A DNA stretch of 53,677 nt from Trichodelitschia bisporula. Lineage: Eukaryota. Of the stretch, positions 35,829 through 48,755 are shown one piece after another. A program made the position numbers and the translations under genes. Location: the NCBI GenBank assembly GCA_010356995.1, contig ML996701.1, positions 248,001 through 301,677 of the forward strand, written 5' to 3'. The notes under the pieces were generated by a model that made no database searches, had not been told where the DNA came from, and saw only the letters and a program-made list of their open reading frames with translations. Position 1 is the first letter of the stretch, and the number at the start of each line of letters is the position of its first letter.

Positions 35829-38156
35829 CGTGGTATGGCGTTGGTGGTGCCAATTGTATGGGCGTGTGTGGGGGGGGAGTACGACGACGGAGCGCTACGG
35901 CGATGGCGTGGTTTATACCAAGAGGGCAGGAGGGGGGTGGACTGAATGTGCCGGGTATGCTCAGTTTGGGCTCTTCTGAGATGGAGCCATCGCGTAGTGG
36001 GATACACCGGTAACGCCCAGGTTTCCCAAAGAGGCGAGGTCTAGGAGAACACGAAGGTGTTCGCTGTGGGACAGGCTTCAGGAAAGGCGCTATGGGAGGT
36101 TCGGCAAAGTTGATACAGGTGGTATGGAAGGCCAATGGAGCCACTCAATTCAACGACCATCGTGGTGCCGTTTTCATGATCTTTTCAATTTCAGCCCTGC
36201 AGTTCTCTATCTAATCTTGCTGAACTTCACCATTGGCGCTCGTCTACCCCTCGCTAGCCTCGTCGTTTACTTACCGACATGGTTTACATCCGTACGTGAC
36301 GATAGATCCACCTCTGGCATTCTTTGGACCCATGGACGGTCTGTGGACACGAGCCTCCCCCCCTCCACGAGGGAGTCGCTCGAGCCTTGTCGATATTAAC
36401 GAGGCTTGTCCACGGGCTCTACCATTGGTGAATGGGACGTGTATGCAAGCCACCTCGCGCCCACGGTACGCCGCCGAAGCCAGGGAAAACAGAATTGACA
36501 AATGAACAGCTCTGCCGCTTGAAACTCAGCCTCAAAACAAGCACGCTCGGCGAGGGGCATGTGAGTCCCGGGGGGGCGCCACTACTCTCGCTTTTCCCTT
36601 TGTCGCTTTTTACCCCTGCGTTCGGGGAGACCTTCAGCCCCGGCCAAAAATAAGCATTTGGCCAGAGCTGCTTGGGAAAAGCAATATTCGAGCAAGGAGA
36701 AGCTCAATGATGCCTGTTATGGTTTAGTGCCTCCTCCTTTTTCGCTAGTGATGGTTAACGCGACGCGATGGATGCGGGATGCACGTCGTGCGATGGCGCG
36801 TGGGGAGGCCGACGGATGATTTGCAAAGGACCGCCGCTAGCTAAGACGCTACTGCCCGTTACAAGGCATAAGAGTTGGCAGTTCGCCCGTCGACCTCCGA
36901 GAGATCTCGTATTTGTACATTAGCAGCGGCAGAGAGCTGGTCGCACGAAGTCGGATATGCACGAAGGGTCAGGCGGATCGCGACTGTCTCCCGAGATGTT
37001 TTTGGCAGTTGTGGATGATATTGGGCGTAAGTTCTGGACCGGAGGACTTGCACGGAAGCGGAGGTTCAGGTGGTAAGGGAAAGCGAGCGCGAACTAGGAA
37101 TAGGAACAGGGCAAAGATCGACATCAACGTTCCAGACCACCATCACCACTCCACCTTCCCGACTCTGACAGCGGCTACAACTCGCAGACGCAGACGCAGG
37201 CGCACATATCACACAGCACATCATCACAGCCGCTTCTCCCCTTGCCCCTGCGGCGGCTGTGCCTTGGTTACTAAGCACTTCTCGGCATATGTGGGGTTTG
37301 GAGCGCTAAGTGGACTGTGTGGGGTCCTTGTCCGATCTCGCCGTCGATCGAGAATCTCCATTTCAACCTCAACACCATAACGACATATATCTCCATCTCA
37401 CGCCCCCCCAAAGCTGTAGACATCATTTACTAACTTCTGTTGCTGCTGCTGGGCTGCCGCTGCTGACTGCTGCTGACTGCTCTCGTCTCATGTTTGCAGT
37501 ATCCATGGTCGGCCAGAAGCCCTTCACCATGCAACTGCGACCCTCCGCTTTCTCGGAGCCGTTGACTCCGCACGTCGGTCGCCGTCACCACGCCTGCCTT
37601 GACCAGTCTAGGTAAAGTCAGTAGTCAACAATGGAGACCTTGCTATCATCTCTCCCATCTACATCACCAACACACAAATCTTTTCTTCCTTTCTGCTCAC
37701 CCAGCAACATGTGTTTGATGTGCTAACACCCTGGTTCCTTGAGCCATCGACCCAACCGCCTACAACCCTCTTGCACACAGCCTCCATTCTATTCTCCTCA
37801 CCGGCTTGTCCCCCTCTACGTCACCTCCAGTACCCCGCCCAGTCCCTTCATCAAGGTGTCCTTAGACCCTAACTACTCATCTACTCTTTTCACTTACCAT
37901 CGCCGATAGCTTCAACATTTCTTCCCCGCCAGACCACGGTATTCCATCCTCGTGCTTCCTGCAATATCATCGTGCCCTTCACCTCCTGCTCACTTCCTGC
38001 TTTTTACACTTGCTAACAAGTCACCGACGGCAAAAAGCCTCTGCGGCCTCAGGTCGAGTGTTCGCGTTCCCATCGGTACCACGTCTCGTATCTTACACAC
38101 CAAACCGGCTCCTCCAACTCATCCCCACTCGTACGCTTCGAACCCCCTCTCTCATC

Positions 38157-38393
38157 ATGTGTCAACTCCAAACCACCACTTTCGCCTGCGGCTGCACCTA
38201 CAAGACGCTCGTGCTCTGCATGCCCTGCGCCGTGCTCCAACAGGACCGCACCTGGCGCGAATGCCGCCCCGGCGACCCAAACTACATGAAGGGCAGCATC
38301 GTCGGACGCACAGCTCTACCGCGTGAAGTAAAGAATGACCACCCATACCCGTGCATGGTCGGCTGCATCTGCCCCATGGTGGAGCAGTGGTAG
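38157..38393 (+). CDS. Small Cys-rich protein (78 aa), possible metal-binding
   Basis: MCQLQTTTFACGC..C..C..C..C...C.C pattern, like fungal 'MC-x8-CG' microproteins. ATG follows a C/T-rich leader. Confidence 0.55.
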   Translation: MCQLQTTTFACGCTYKTLVLCMPCAVLQQDRTWRECRPGDPNYMKGSIVGRTALPREVKNDHPYPCMVGCICPMVEQW

Positions 38394-38667
38394 GCGGGCG
38401 GTCGGGGCGATGGGTGCACGACATACTGAACCGGGCTCCGACTCTCGTACGTGCTGCTGTGGACAGACTGACGGGACGCTTTGGACGGGTTGCTATGGCG
38501 GATTTCTTGTCTGTGCTGATATCGAAGTGGAGTCTCCGGGGGTAGCTGGCTAACAGTGACAGATGCGATCGGATTTCGTCGGCGACGGCTATGGCCACAC
38601 GAATGCCGCCTTGAACTTGCGTTCGAAGTCTTGACGATGGGACACGTACATTCTGGACAGCAACAAT

Positions 38668-38806
38668 GGAGGGAGGGAGGGAGGGAGGGAGGGAGGGAGG
38701 CAGAATGCGCAAGGCTAGGACATTCATGTATCTACTGAATCACTGGCACAGCCCTTCGGCATGCGCGCCCGCATCCCCCAATCCAATCCAATCCAATCCA
38801 ATCCAA
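38668..38806. repeat. (GGGA)n and (CCAAT)n microsatellites between convergent genes
   Basis: About 8 GGGA units at 38668-38700 and about 5 CCAAT units at 38778-38806, read directly. Confidence 0.85.
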
Positions 38807-38814
38807 TTCAAACC

Positions 38815-39832
38815 TCAAACCTTCCCCCACCCGGGCTTCGCAAGCTCATTGTAAACCTCATCCATAACCACATCCATAGTGCTAATAGTCGTATGCTCCG
38901 GCTTGGGACCCGGGTTGTTCCACGCCGGCACCACGCGCGGCTCCTTAGTCACCTCGAGGATGGTGCCGCCGGGGAGGTCGTCGTCCTCCAGTAACCGCAT
39001 CATCTGAATAGCCACCTCCTCCGCCGTCAACCACATGTCTTTCTCGAAATCGACCAGCCGGCCCTTGTGCGGCTCCGTCGTGTACATGGGCGTGTACACG
39101 CCACCCGGCGCCACCGCATTCACCCTGATCCCGAGACTGCCTTCTAGATCGCCGAGGCTGCGCGTGAACCCGGAAATCGCATGCTTGCTCGCGAAGTAAA
39201 TCGGGAACGCGAGTCCGAAGGCCTGGCCCGCGATGCTGCTGGTCAGGACAACACGTTTCGGGTTCTGGGCCGAGGCTTTATCTTCGCTGTTCGCCGGGTT
39301 CAGGAAAGCGGCGATGGCCATCTGGGTTGCGCGAATCGGGTGCGTGACGTTGATTTCGAGTTGCTTGTAGGCGTTGCTGTCCGGTGCGTCTTTGGACAGG
39401 GCGTGGCCTGGGGGATACCAGAAGTTTGACCAGGGGGGTTCGAAGACGCCGGCGCCTGGGCCGACGATGTCTAGCCCGCCGAATTCCTGGTTACACCGGT
39501 CGAAGGCGGATTGGAGGTCGGACCAGACTGTGACGTCGGTTTTGTGGAAGACTGCACGGGGCGTGGTGGTGCTGTGGGCGTCGACGACGGCTTGGGCTTC
39601 GGGGCGCAGGGCAAGGTCGACGATGAGGACGTTGCAGCCTTTGCTGAGGAGGAGGGTGGTGAAGGCGAGGCCGATTCCTGTTGGGAGCGGGGTTAGTGAG
39701 ACCGTTGGGAGGGGTAAGGGGAAGGGAAGGGGGAGGGGGAGGTGAAGGGGAAGGGGAAGGGGAAGGTGCGAAGTACGTACCGGAGCCGCCGCCGGTGATT
39801 AGCGCGCGCTTGCCGTTGACGGAGTAGGGCAT
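38815..39832 (-). CDS. Short-chain dehydrogenase/reductase (15-hydroxyprostaglandin-DH-like); intron 39678-39780
   Basis: 'ALITGGGSG|IG', 'GAGVFEPPWSNFW.PPG', 'TSSIAG', YxxxK 'YFASK', 'IRVNAVAPG'. Confidence 0.92.
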
Positions 39833-40915
39833 TGTGATTGTGATTGTGGTGATGGAGTTGAGGTTATGTGTGGATGGCTGGATGGCTGGTCCTTGAGTGC
39901 ATCGCCCGCAAGGCTGTCTTTATACACATCGTGCTCGCCGGAAGTGGCACCGCAGTGACGCCGCCGTCATACGGTACTCGCGGCGCGTATCGTGTATCTT
40001 CAGCATACCTTTTCCCCCGCAAAATGAGATGCGGATGCGGGGGCGGGGCTGCGGGTCTAGGGTTGAACTAGCGCGTGTGCGGGGGGGTTGTGGGCGTGGG
40101 GCATCGGGTGGGGCTGGCTGTGGTTACCCGCGCTTTGGCGCTGAGATGCTGGTGGGATGCTAGCAAGTACATCCGTAGAACTAGTACGTACGGGGAAGCC
40201 GGATGGGGTCTTGATGCATCATTGTGCAGTTGGCTGGCGGGTGTGCGGCCGGGCAGGCGTGGCCGTACCGTAGCTGCAGTAATTTGTGAGGCTGAGGGAA
40301 GGCTGTGCGGGGTAGGGTCGGGTGACTGGCGGGATTGGATGGTTGGATTGATGCTGCGTCGCTGCGGCGGGAGAATGTAGGCGATGATGACGGCGAGCTG
40401 GGCTTGATGGGGGTTTTCAGCGTGGTGACGAGCTATTGGAGTGCGCAGTTTCGGGGGAGATACTACGGGCCGTACTCTGCTCGTTGATGCGGCGGTTCTA
40501 CATCGAGGCTAGAGTCGTGGGCCTTCGCGCCGCATCACTTGCAGAGGCGCTACGGATTGACGACCCGAGGGCTAACCCCATTAGATTTGATATGCAGCTG
40601 CAGTGTTAGTGGACGACTTACGGTATGTCAGGTTACCATCATACCGTGCGGCAATGCGTGGCTCTTCGACTCCCACGTCATACCCTCCCTCCCGGTGTCT
40701 CCACCCTGTCGGCTACGGCTTCGGCCACCACAGCCAATCACATCAGGCGCTTCGGCCCGCATCAGAGTCACAACAGCGCCCGAATGCCGAAGACCGCAAC
40801 ACTGCATTTGCACCGCTTAACACCACTAACTCGACTATCAAAACAACACTCCACCAATCACCCATACCCTACATCTCAATTTTGCTTCTCCCATCCCATC
40901 CTCGTATCACAAAGC

Positions 40916-42298
40916 TCACATCCGCCGCCGCCGTCCCGGGCCCTTCGCCCCACCCAACCCGGCAAGCAACCCACCAAGCCCAGCAGCACCCCCCTCTCCA
41001 CCCGCACCCCCAAGCCCACCCAACCCACCGGGCAACCCGCCCGCACCCCCACCCAGCCCACCAAGCAACGCGGCCAATCCACCCCCCGGCGCACCCCCCG
41101 CACCCCCACCCAAAAGCGCACCTAACCCACCCCCCGGCGCACCCCCCGCACCACCACCCAGCCCCTTGAGTAGATCAGCAAGTCCCCCTCCACCCGCACC
41201 CCCCGCACCACCCAGCCCGCCGAGCAGAGCGCCTAACCCGCCCGCGCCGGGCTCGTCAGCCGGCGCCCGAGCGGAAGCAGGGTGCTCGGCGTGTGCGGAT
41301 TCGGCGTCGGAACCTGCGCCGGCGCCGGTGCCGGAGGCTGGGGCTGAGCCGGTGGCGCCGCCTGCGCTGGTGTCTGCGCTGGTGTCGGCGCTGCCGCTTG
41401 GGGGGGTTGAGCCCTTAGGAGCCGAGCCCTTAGGGGCCGAGCCCTTAGGGGCCGAGCCCTTGGGGGAGGCACTGCCGGCGCCCATGCTGCCCATGCCCAT
41501 GCCCATGCCTCCGCTGCCGTGGGAGTGTCCGCCTGGACCGTCGGATTCGGATTCGGTGGCGGGAGGGGCGACGTCGGCGGCGGGAGGGGCTGCGTCGGCG
41601 GCGGGGGATGAGTCAGCGGCGGGAGGGGCTGCGTCTGCGGCAGGAGCTGAGTCCGCGGCGGGAGCCGAGTCGGCAGCGGGAGGGGCCGCAGCGTCCGGAG
41701 ATGCATCCGCGGCAGGAGATTCGCCCACCGCGGGAGACGAATCCGCAGCAGGCGCCGCACCAGCACCCGGCGCCGCACCAGGAGCCGCACCACCGAGTCC
41801 GAGCCCAGCTGTAACCATCAGTCACCCATCCACACCCCCACCAAGGAAGAACATACCTAAAAGTCCACCAGCCCCCGCCCCCGCCCCCCCAAGCAATGCA
41901 CCCAATCCGCCCGCACCACCGGCGCCACCGGCGCCCTTCGCTCCGCCTAGGCCACCTAGACCGCCCATCCCCTTCGCTCCCCCAAGCCCACCCATACCCT
42001 TCGCGCCACCCGCACCGAGCCCGCCGAGGCCCGCTCCCGCGCCCTTCCCGCCGCCATGCTTGCGTTTCTTGCCCTTTCCTTGGGCGCGCGAACGCCCGCC
42101 TTTGTGCTTGTGCTTGCCGCCTTCGGCGGCGGCGTCGGTGGTATCGACGGAGGCACCTACGTCAGCGGCGGCGGGGAAGCGCGCAGCCGGGACAACGACG
42201 TCGTGCTTGTCGTCGCCGTCGGGGCCGTGCGGGAGGGCGAGGGGCGAGGCGAGGATGTGCAGGGCGAGGGTGGAGAGGGTTAGGAGGCGGAGCGCCAT
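40916..42298 (-). CDS. Secreted Gly/Ala/Pro-rich repetitive protein (about 444 aa); intron 41809-41856
   Basis: Signal peptide 'MALRLLTLSTLALHILASPLA'. GTATGT..CTGAT..CAG joins two ORFs in phase. GGLGALLGG, ADSAP and SAPKG repeats. Confidence 0.75.
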
Positions 42299-43220
42299 TG
42301 TGATGTGTAGTTTAGGTAGATGTATATTTGGTGGTTGTTGTCGATGCTGCTAAGGAAGAAGCTCGACGCGAGTGCCCAGGTGTCAGCGCCGGTCAAGCTT
42401 CCTTATATGCCCTGTCCTTCTCTATGCGCGCCTCCGAGGCTGGACTCCATGCCCTCCGCCTCCTGCCTCTGCTTAGCTGACGCATTTGTCCCGCATACAG
42501 GCCGCCGTCCACGCTCGTCCCCTGTGAGATAGCTAAAAATGACGGGGAAACACTTAACATGTGGGCGGGCGTGAAACGTGCATTTCCGCAGGTTGACAGG
42601 GGGGCTAAAGGTGGAGTGAACGGAGGGCTAGAACCTAGACTCTCGCCCCCGGGGCCTTTGGGCTAGAACCGGGGACGAAAGAGTGATGGAAACCGCGGAT
42701 TCCTGGGTAAATTGCGGGATCAACGTGTAGATTGGAAACGGCGTCCGAGGGCTACTTTATATCGTGCGCTGTGCGGAGACTAGTGCCTGCGGGAGGCGAT
42801 CGTCCCGCCCGGTGGCGTGAAGGCTTCGAGAGGCTGAGTGCGGGCATTGCTGGTGAGATGATGGGATGGGCGTCATTAATACCTCTATACCAACGTCAGC
42901 AACTCATACAATGACGCCAATATCTTCGGCTTCACCCCACTCAGTGACAGGGCAAGTATCTGAAACTCCCTCCTTCCCCCCCTCTATCCCTACCCTCCAT
43001 CCCGCGCTCCAGGGGCTGCCTTTGAGCCCTCACTCTCTCCGCCGCTCCCATCGTCGCAGCGCATAATAACGCTCACAAGTTCAGTCCCAGAAATAGAAAC
43101 CCGAGCTAAAAGAATCACGTCGTGAATGCGCGTCTCGCCGAGATTTCTCTGAAGCCTCGACGTCGGACGTCACAGACATAGCGGCGGAGATTGCCGCAAG
43201 GCTGGCCTTGGCACTGCCTT

Positions 43221-43264
43221 GCTGCCTTACTGCTGCCTTACTGCTGCCTTACTGCTGCCTTACT
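43221..43264. repeat. Tandem repeat, 4 x GCTGCCTTACT
   Basis: Four perfect 11-bp copies in the intergenic region upstream of the + strand SDR. Confidence 0.9.
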
Positions 43265-43708
43265 TTCCTCAGAGCCTTGCCCTGCGGGGCATACGTCATG
43301 TGACGCCTATATCGGACAGACGTCGGAGAAGGGCAGCCTCTTGTCACCCTCCGTTCCTGTCCAAAAGGCGCCGCCCTGCGCTAGACTGGGTGCTCGCGCG
43401 CTGGTGCCGGTCCGGTACTGAGCTTGCTCCGGCGGAAGCAGCTCCATGCCGTTATCCGGGCGCGCGAGGCCCCGCCTCCACACATGGCAACGAGGGGGCA
43501 GTGGGAATGCAGCGCAGGATGTCATGCGAACAGCAGGTCAATAGGGGTGTGATCCACAGTAAGCAGTAGCAGCAGAACACAATGTGGAAGCATTCAGCCG
43601 TCCTCATTCATAAAGAGAGACCGCCGTAACCTCATCGCCCCCGCCATATCCCCCAATCCCCAATTCAACCCCTCCTCACATACTCCCCCACCCCAATTGA
43701 CACCCACC

Positions 43709-44514
43709 ATGACCGTCAAAGACAAAGTAATCCTCATAACCGGCGCCGCCTCCGGCATGGGCCTCGCAACCGCCACCCTCCTCGCCAGCCACGGCGCGCG
43801 CGTCTCCCTCGCCGACGTCCAAGCCTCCGCCCTCGAAAAAGTCGCCTCCACCATCTCCTCCTCCGGCGGGCAAGTCCACAGCGCCGTCGTCGACGTCCGC
43901 GACCGCACCGCCGTCGAATCCTGGATCTCCTCCACTGTCTCCAAATGGGGCAAAATAGACGGCTGCGCCAACCTCGCCGGCGTAATCGGGAAGGGGATCA
44001 ACGTCGACAACATCGAGACCATCGACGACAGCGACTGGGACTTTGTCATGGACGTCAATGTGAAGGGGCTTATGAACTGCATGCGCGCGCAGATACCGCA
44101 GCTCAAGGATGGGGGGAGTATAGTCAATGCCGCGAGTGTGGCGGGCCTGATTGGGTTTACGAAGAATGCGGCGTATGTGGCGAGTAAGCATGCGGTTGTG
44201 GGGTTGACACGCTCTGCGGCGAAGGAGTTGGGGCATAGGGGGATTCGGGTGAATTGTTTCAATCCGTGAGTTTTTGTGATCCGGTTGGGTTATGTTGGGG
44301 GGAGATGGCTAATGGGCATAGTGGTGCTATTGATACCCCGATGCTGCGCGCGAGTGCGGCCATTCGCGGCGGGGAGATGAAGCTCGATCATGTGGCCTTG
44401 AGGAGGGAGGGCAAGGCGGAGGAGATTGCGAATCTGATTGAGTGGTTGTTGAGCGATGGGTCGACATATATCACCGGTACGACACAGGTTATCGATGGCG
44501 GGTGGGTGTGCTAG
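43709..44514 (+). CDS. Classical short-chain dehydrogenase/reductase; intron 44266-44321
   Basis: 'ITGAASGMG', 'ANLAG', 'NAASVAG', 'YVASK', 'IRVNCFNP|GAIDTPM', 'YITG..IDGG'. Confidence 0.93.
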
Positions 44515-44673
44515 TTCAAGTGAGAGAGAAGTGAAAATGGGATAGGAATCTCAAATGCGATATGCATTCAACCATCTCGCATTTTCCTTTGCAAGCTATC
44601 CACCCTGTGTGAAGATCACGCGGTACCTCCTCGTCGGAGCTCCATCCTACATCACTTCCCACAGCACACCCAC

Positions 44674-47362
44674 CTAATCATCAGCAGTCAAATCACCATA
44701 CTCCCACATCCCCCTCCTCTCCTCCTTCGCCTCCTCCTCCCTCTTCTTCAACGCGCCCAGAATCTCCGCCCCCCGCTCCCACGTCTTCAACTTCCGCGGC
44801 ACCATCGCCAACCCCTCCGCCACAAGCTCCCCATTCAAACTATCCTCCACCTTCTGACTCTTATCCGGATCAAACAGCGTAACTGCAAGCGTCCCATCCT
44901 TCTCCACAAAGTCCACGCTCGCAACCAGCAGCCTATCGCAAAACACCTCGCGCACAAACCCGATCGCGTCGGCGAGGTAATTCGGCGCACCGGGGAGCTG
45001 GACGAACGCGAGCGTGGCATCGACGGCCTGGGGACGCAGCTTCGCGGTGCCGAACTTCTCGCCGTCGAGCGGGCGGAGCTCGGACCAGGGGACCGTCTCG
45101 CCGTTGCCGTAGTCAACGTACAAGACCTCGGCCTTCTTGGCTTCGCGGTCGTTGCGGCGCACACGCGCGCGGTACCAGTTGCCGTCCGAGAACTTGGCAG
45201 ACACAAAGTCGCCGACCTTCGGTGCGCCGGGGAGCGCCTTGTCATTCGCTTTGTTGAGGTGGAAGTTGCGGAACGAAGTCATGAGCTCTGTCAGCGCCGC
45301 TGTGCCTTGTCCCACCTGCTGCACCTTCAGGTGGCCCGACTCGTCGACATGCGTAATGACCACATCGCGGTAGTCCTTCTCGCGCGGCGCAGCAGGTTCA
45401 GCCGTCGCGTTACCGTTTGCCGCGGGCTCCTCCTCGGCAACCTCGTCCTGCGACGGGTCCCAGTTGTGCCACATCCCCTTGCGCTGTTCCTTCGCCTTCT
45501 TCTCAGCCGCGTAAAGCTCAGCCGAATGGCCCGACTTCTCCGCGGAGTAGGCATGCACAGACGCAAGACCCTCCTCAAGCAGCAGTTTGGCGAAGTTTTC
45601 GCGATTTACGTACAACGTGCCGATGAACCCGCCCACCTTGTCAACATCATCGACGTCGATTTCCACATCGCGCTGCAGACAGCGCCGGTTGGCAAAGTCA
45701 TGCGCCTCCTGACCGAACGGTTCGCTCTGCTCGTTAGGATTGCGGGCCGAGCGCGGCGCGCGAATACCACCGAGGACCAGCGTCAGCTTCGAGTTCTCAC
45801 GCGGGACGAGGATGGTGAAGCGCGAGCCAGACTTGACAAAGTCAACCACAGCAGGCACGCGACGCTGCCGAGACAGCATCGTCAAGTGGCGCTTGGCCTT
45901 CTCCTGGTTCTCAGAGTAGTCGACGTAGGAACGCGCTTGCGGGGGCTTATCGGCCCAGAGACCCTTCTTTTGCTCTTGAGCCTGCTGCTCGGCGAGGAGG
46001 AGATCGTCGTAGATGGGGCTACGGTCGGCATCGTCGGCGCGGTGGCGGATCACCGATGCGAGCCCGTTCTCAACCAGCATCAAGCCCACATTCTTGCCGC
46101 CAAACGTGACGGTGGCCATCTCGCGCTCCTCGTATCCCTCCGTCGCCGCACGCTTCCCATCAATGTGCACCTTGACATGCTTGCCAATGAGCTTCTTGCG
46201 TAGAAATTCCTTCGCCTCTGCTTGCCACGGCGCTTGCTTGGGGTCGGACGGCTTGGGCTGGCGCACGCTGCTAAGGTTAATACGCTTCTCAGCGCCAGCC
46301 TTGTTGCGTAGGAAAAGGGTGTCGGCGCTCATGATGCGGCTAACAACGGCCTCGAGCTCGCCACCGGCTGCCGCCTTGGCCTGCAAACCCTGGAACAGAC
46401 CCCGACGAGCATCGCGCGCCTCCTTCTCTGCCTGCCGCAACGCACCCATCTCCGCGCCCAGCATGGTGGAGTGAAAATCGGTGCAGCGCGCCAGGCCCGC
46501 CTTGAGGAGATGTGGCGCCACGGTGCCCTGCACAGGGTGCTTGACCGTGGCGATGACCTGGCCTTGCGGGCTAGCACCGAGGACTTCGATGACGACGTTG
46601 CGCTGCAGCAGACGCGACTCGATGAACTGCTGAGCTTCATCGCCAAAGGGTTCGGCAGGCTGCTCCTTGCCATCGGAGGTGTTGACACGCTTGGTAGAAG
46701 GGGCGCGAATTCCGGCAATGAGAACCAAGGTCTGGACGTGAGATGTGGACGTGATAATAAGGCGAGCAATCATCCGGTCCCCGCTGAGCACCTTCTCGAC
46801 AACGCCTTCAAGCTGCTTGCCCTTGTTTTGTTCGACAAAGGCCTTTGCATCAGGGAGGTCGTAGGCACAATCCACACGGCCGCCATCATCGGCCCACACG
46901 CCCTTGGACCCGATGCGGGCGTGAGACTCGGCGACCTGCAGCTTTTCGACAATCAAGCTCGACTCGTCCTTGTCATCCTTCTTATTCGCATCGTCGCGCA
47001 CGCGGACCCATCCCTCGGCGGCGGCAGCTTCAGGCAGCATCGGGCCACCAGCCGCCATAAGGATGATTCCGTAGTCACGCTTCGACGTCGGGATGGTGTA
47101 CAGCACGCGGAACTGGACGACGCGGCCGACGAGCAGGCGGCGGAGGAAGTCTCGAGAGGCAAAGGCGAAGGGCTATGATTGTCAGCGAGTTTCCCGTGCA
47201 TGTGCATGATGTATCTACCTCGTCGCCTTCCCGACGCAGGCGAGGCGCGGAGACAAAGGCTAGGCTAAGGGTACGCTCCGATTTGGGGTTGTTCATGGCG
47301 CTGAGCACAACGGTGTCTCCGGAGAGCACGGCCTTGACGCGTGCTTGCATGAGGTTTGCCAT
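44674..47362 (-). CDS. SND1: Tudor staphylococcal nuclease (Tudor-SN/p100); intron 47173-47218
   Basis: Tandem SNase repeats ('VKAVLSGDT', 'EKVLSGDR', 'RIMSADT', 'DFVKSGSR'), Tudor 'SAKFSDGNWYRA..VLYVDYGN', and end 'GMWEYGD'. Confidence 0.95.
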
Positions 47363-48755
47363 AATTGCAGTTGTTATTGCGAGTTCGGAGGCCTGTGTAG
47401 GAGGTCAGTGGGTTAGGTTTCTGGTGGGATATGATGTCAAGCTTGCGGAGAGCTCTCGAGCTGGAGCTACAGCTTGCTGGGGAAGAAGCTCACCTCAAAT
47501 GTAGTAAAGTAGAGTGACCACGGGACAATGCACGGTTTGACACCGTAGAGATATCAAAACAATGTAGAGTGAAGCTGTCGGAAACCTTTTGGAGTGAGGA
47601 TTGGAAACTGTGGGGAATGAAAGCGGGGGGGGGGGGAGGAGGGGATGTTGATAAATGGCGTCGGTCTTGTGAGATGTGGACAGTTCAACTTTAGCGACGT
47701 CGTCCTCGCACTAAATTTGTGTGGACAAGTGTTTGCTACCAATTCGGGTCCCTGACTTGTGCGGGAGTGCGGGGTGAGGACCCAAGCCACTTTAACGCCT
47801 CCCCGGGATCGGTCTCTAGCCTTCTCTCTCTTAATATAGAACTGGTTGAGAAGCTCTAGCGAAGAACCATCTATCACTTCTTCATTTCGTCATATTCTTC
47901 ACCTACAGGCAGCTATCCGTCGAATCACGTATCACGTGTGACAATGTTCAGATCAAGAGAGAGAGAGACCGAGAGTTGTATGCAATAAAAGAGCCGCCTC
48001 TGAAAGCTTCATTTCTACCATCCATCCCGCTACAATGCCGTATCCATACACTCAACGCTACATTACATACGCCACAGATTCGCCCGACCTTGCTACATAT
48101 CCCCGTTGATGGCCAACCCGAGTGTACACTCCCCATCCACCTCCTGGCGCCGTCCACAAACCAAAGCCTAGCAGCTTACAGAGAAGAGACGCTTAAGCGC
48201 AATTCACTCAAACAGACAGAAGCTTTTACGCTCGAACAACGACTTGGGCAATGAATGGGGGTATATACTCCAAAACAGAACAAGATCCCGGATACACTCA
48301 CACACACACTCAAACACTTGGTGAAAGATGCCTGCTTTTCCATAGCCACATCTGGTCGGCGGGCCATACCCCGTCGCCAGTTACAGTAATCCAGTTCCCA
48401 AGATACATTTTCCGAAAAAAGGCTCCAAGCAGAAGAAGGGGGTATATGGGGTATTGTGCAAGGAGGGGGATAGGGGTATAGAACTTTTTGTTTTGTTCTT
48501 CTGCGTCGCTTTTGCGCGGCCCGAATCGACGTGATGGAGGAAGACGAACAGAAAACCAAACAGATCAGGATCCAAAAGTAGCAAAAAACCACGAACCAAA
48601 AGAAGTGGAAAACGCATAACCAAGCCGCAATGACAAAATGCAGAGAAAATGCCACTCGAAATCCCAAATGCCGAACAGGAAAACCAGACGCTAAAATTCC
48701 ACCAACATGACGATCATCAGCCATCACCATCATCCCTCATCACCACTTCTCATCC

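Noticed and set aside
43221..43264. Short direct repeats considered as a CRISPR-like array
   Set aside because: Perfect head-to-tail 11-mers with no spacers in a eukaryotic genome; a simple minisatellite.
14180..44514. Possible secondary-metabolite cluster (oxygenase, GMC, SDRs)
   Set aside because: No backbone enzyme (PKS, NRPS, terpene synthase), transporter or cluster regulator, and the genes are interspersed with housekeeping loci.
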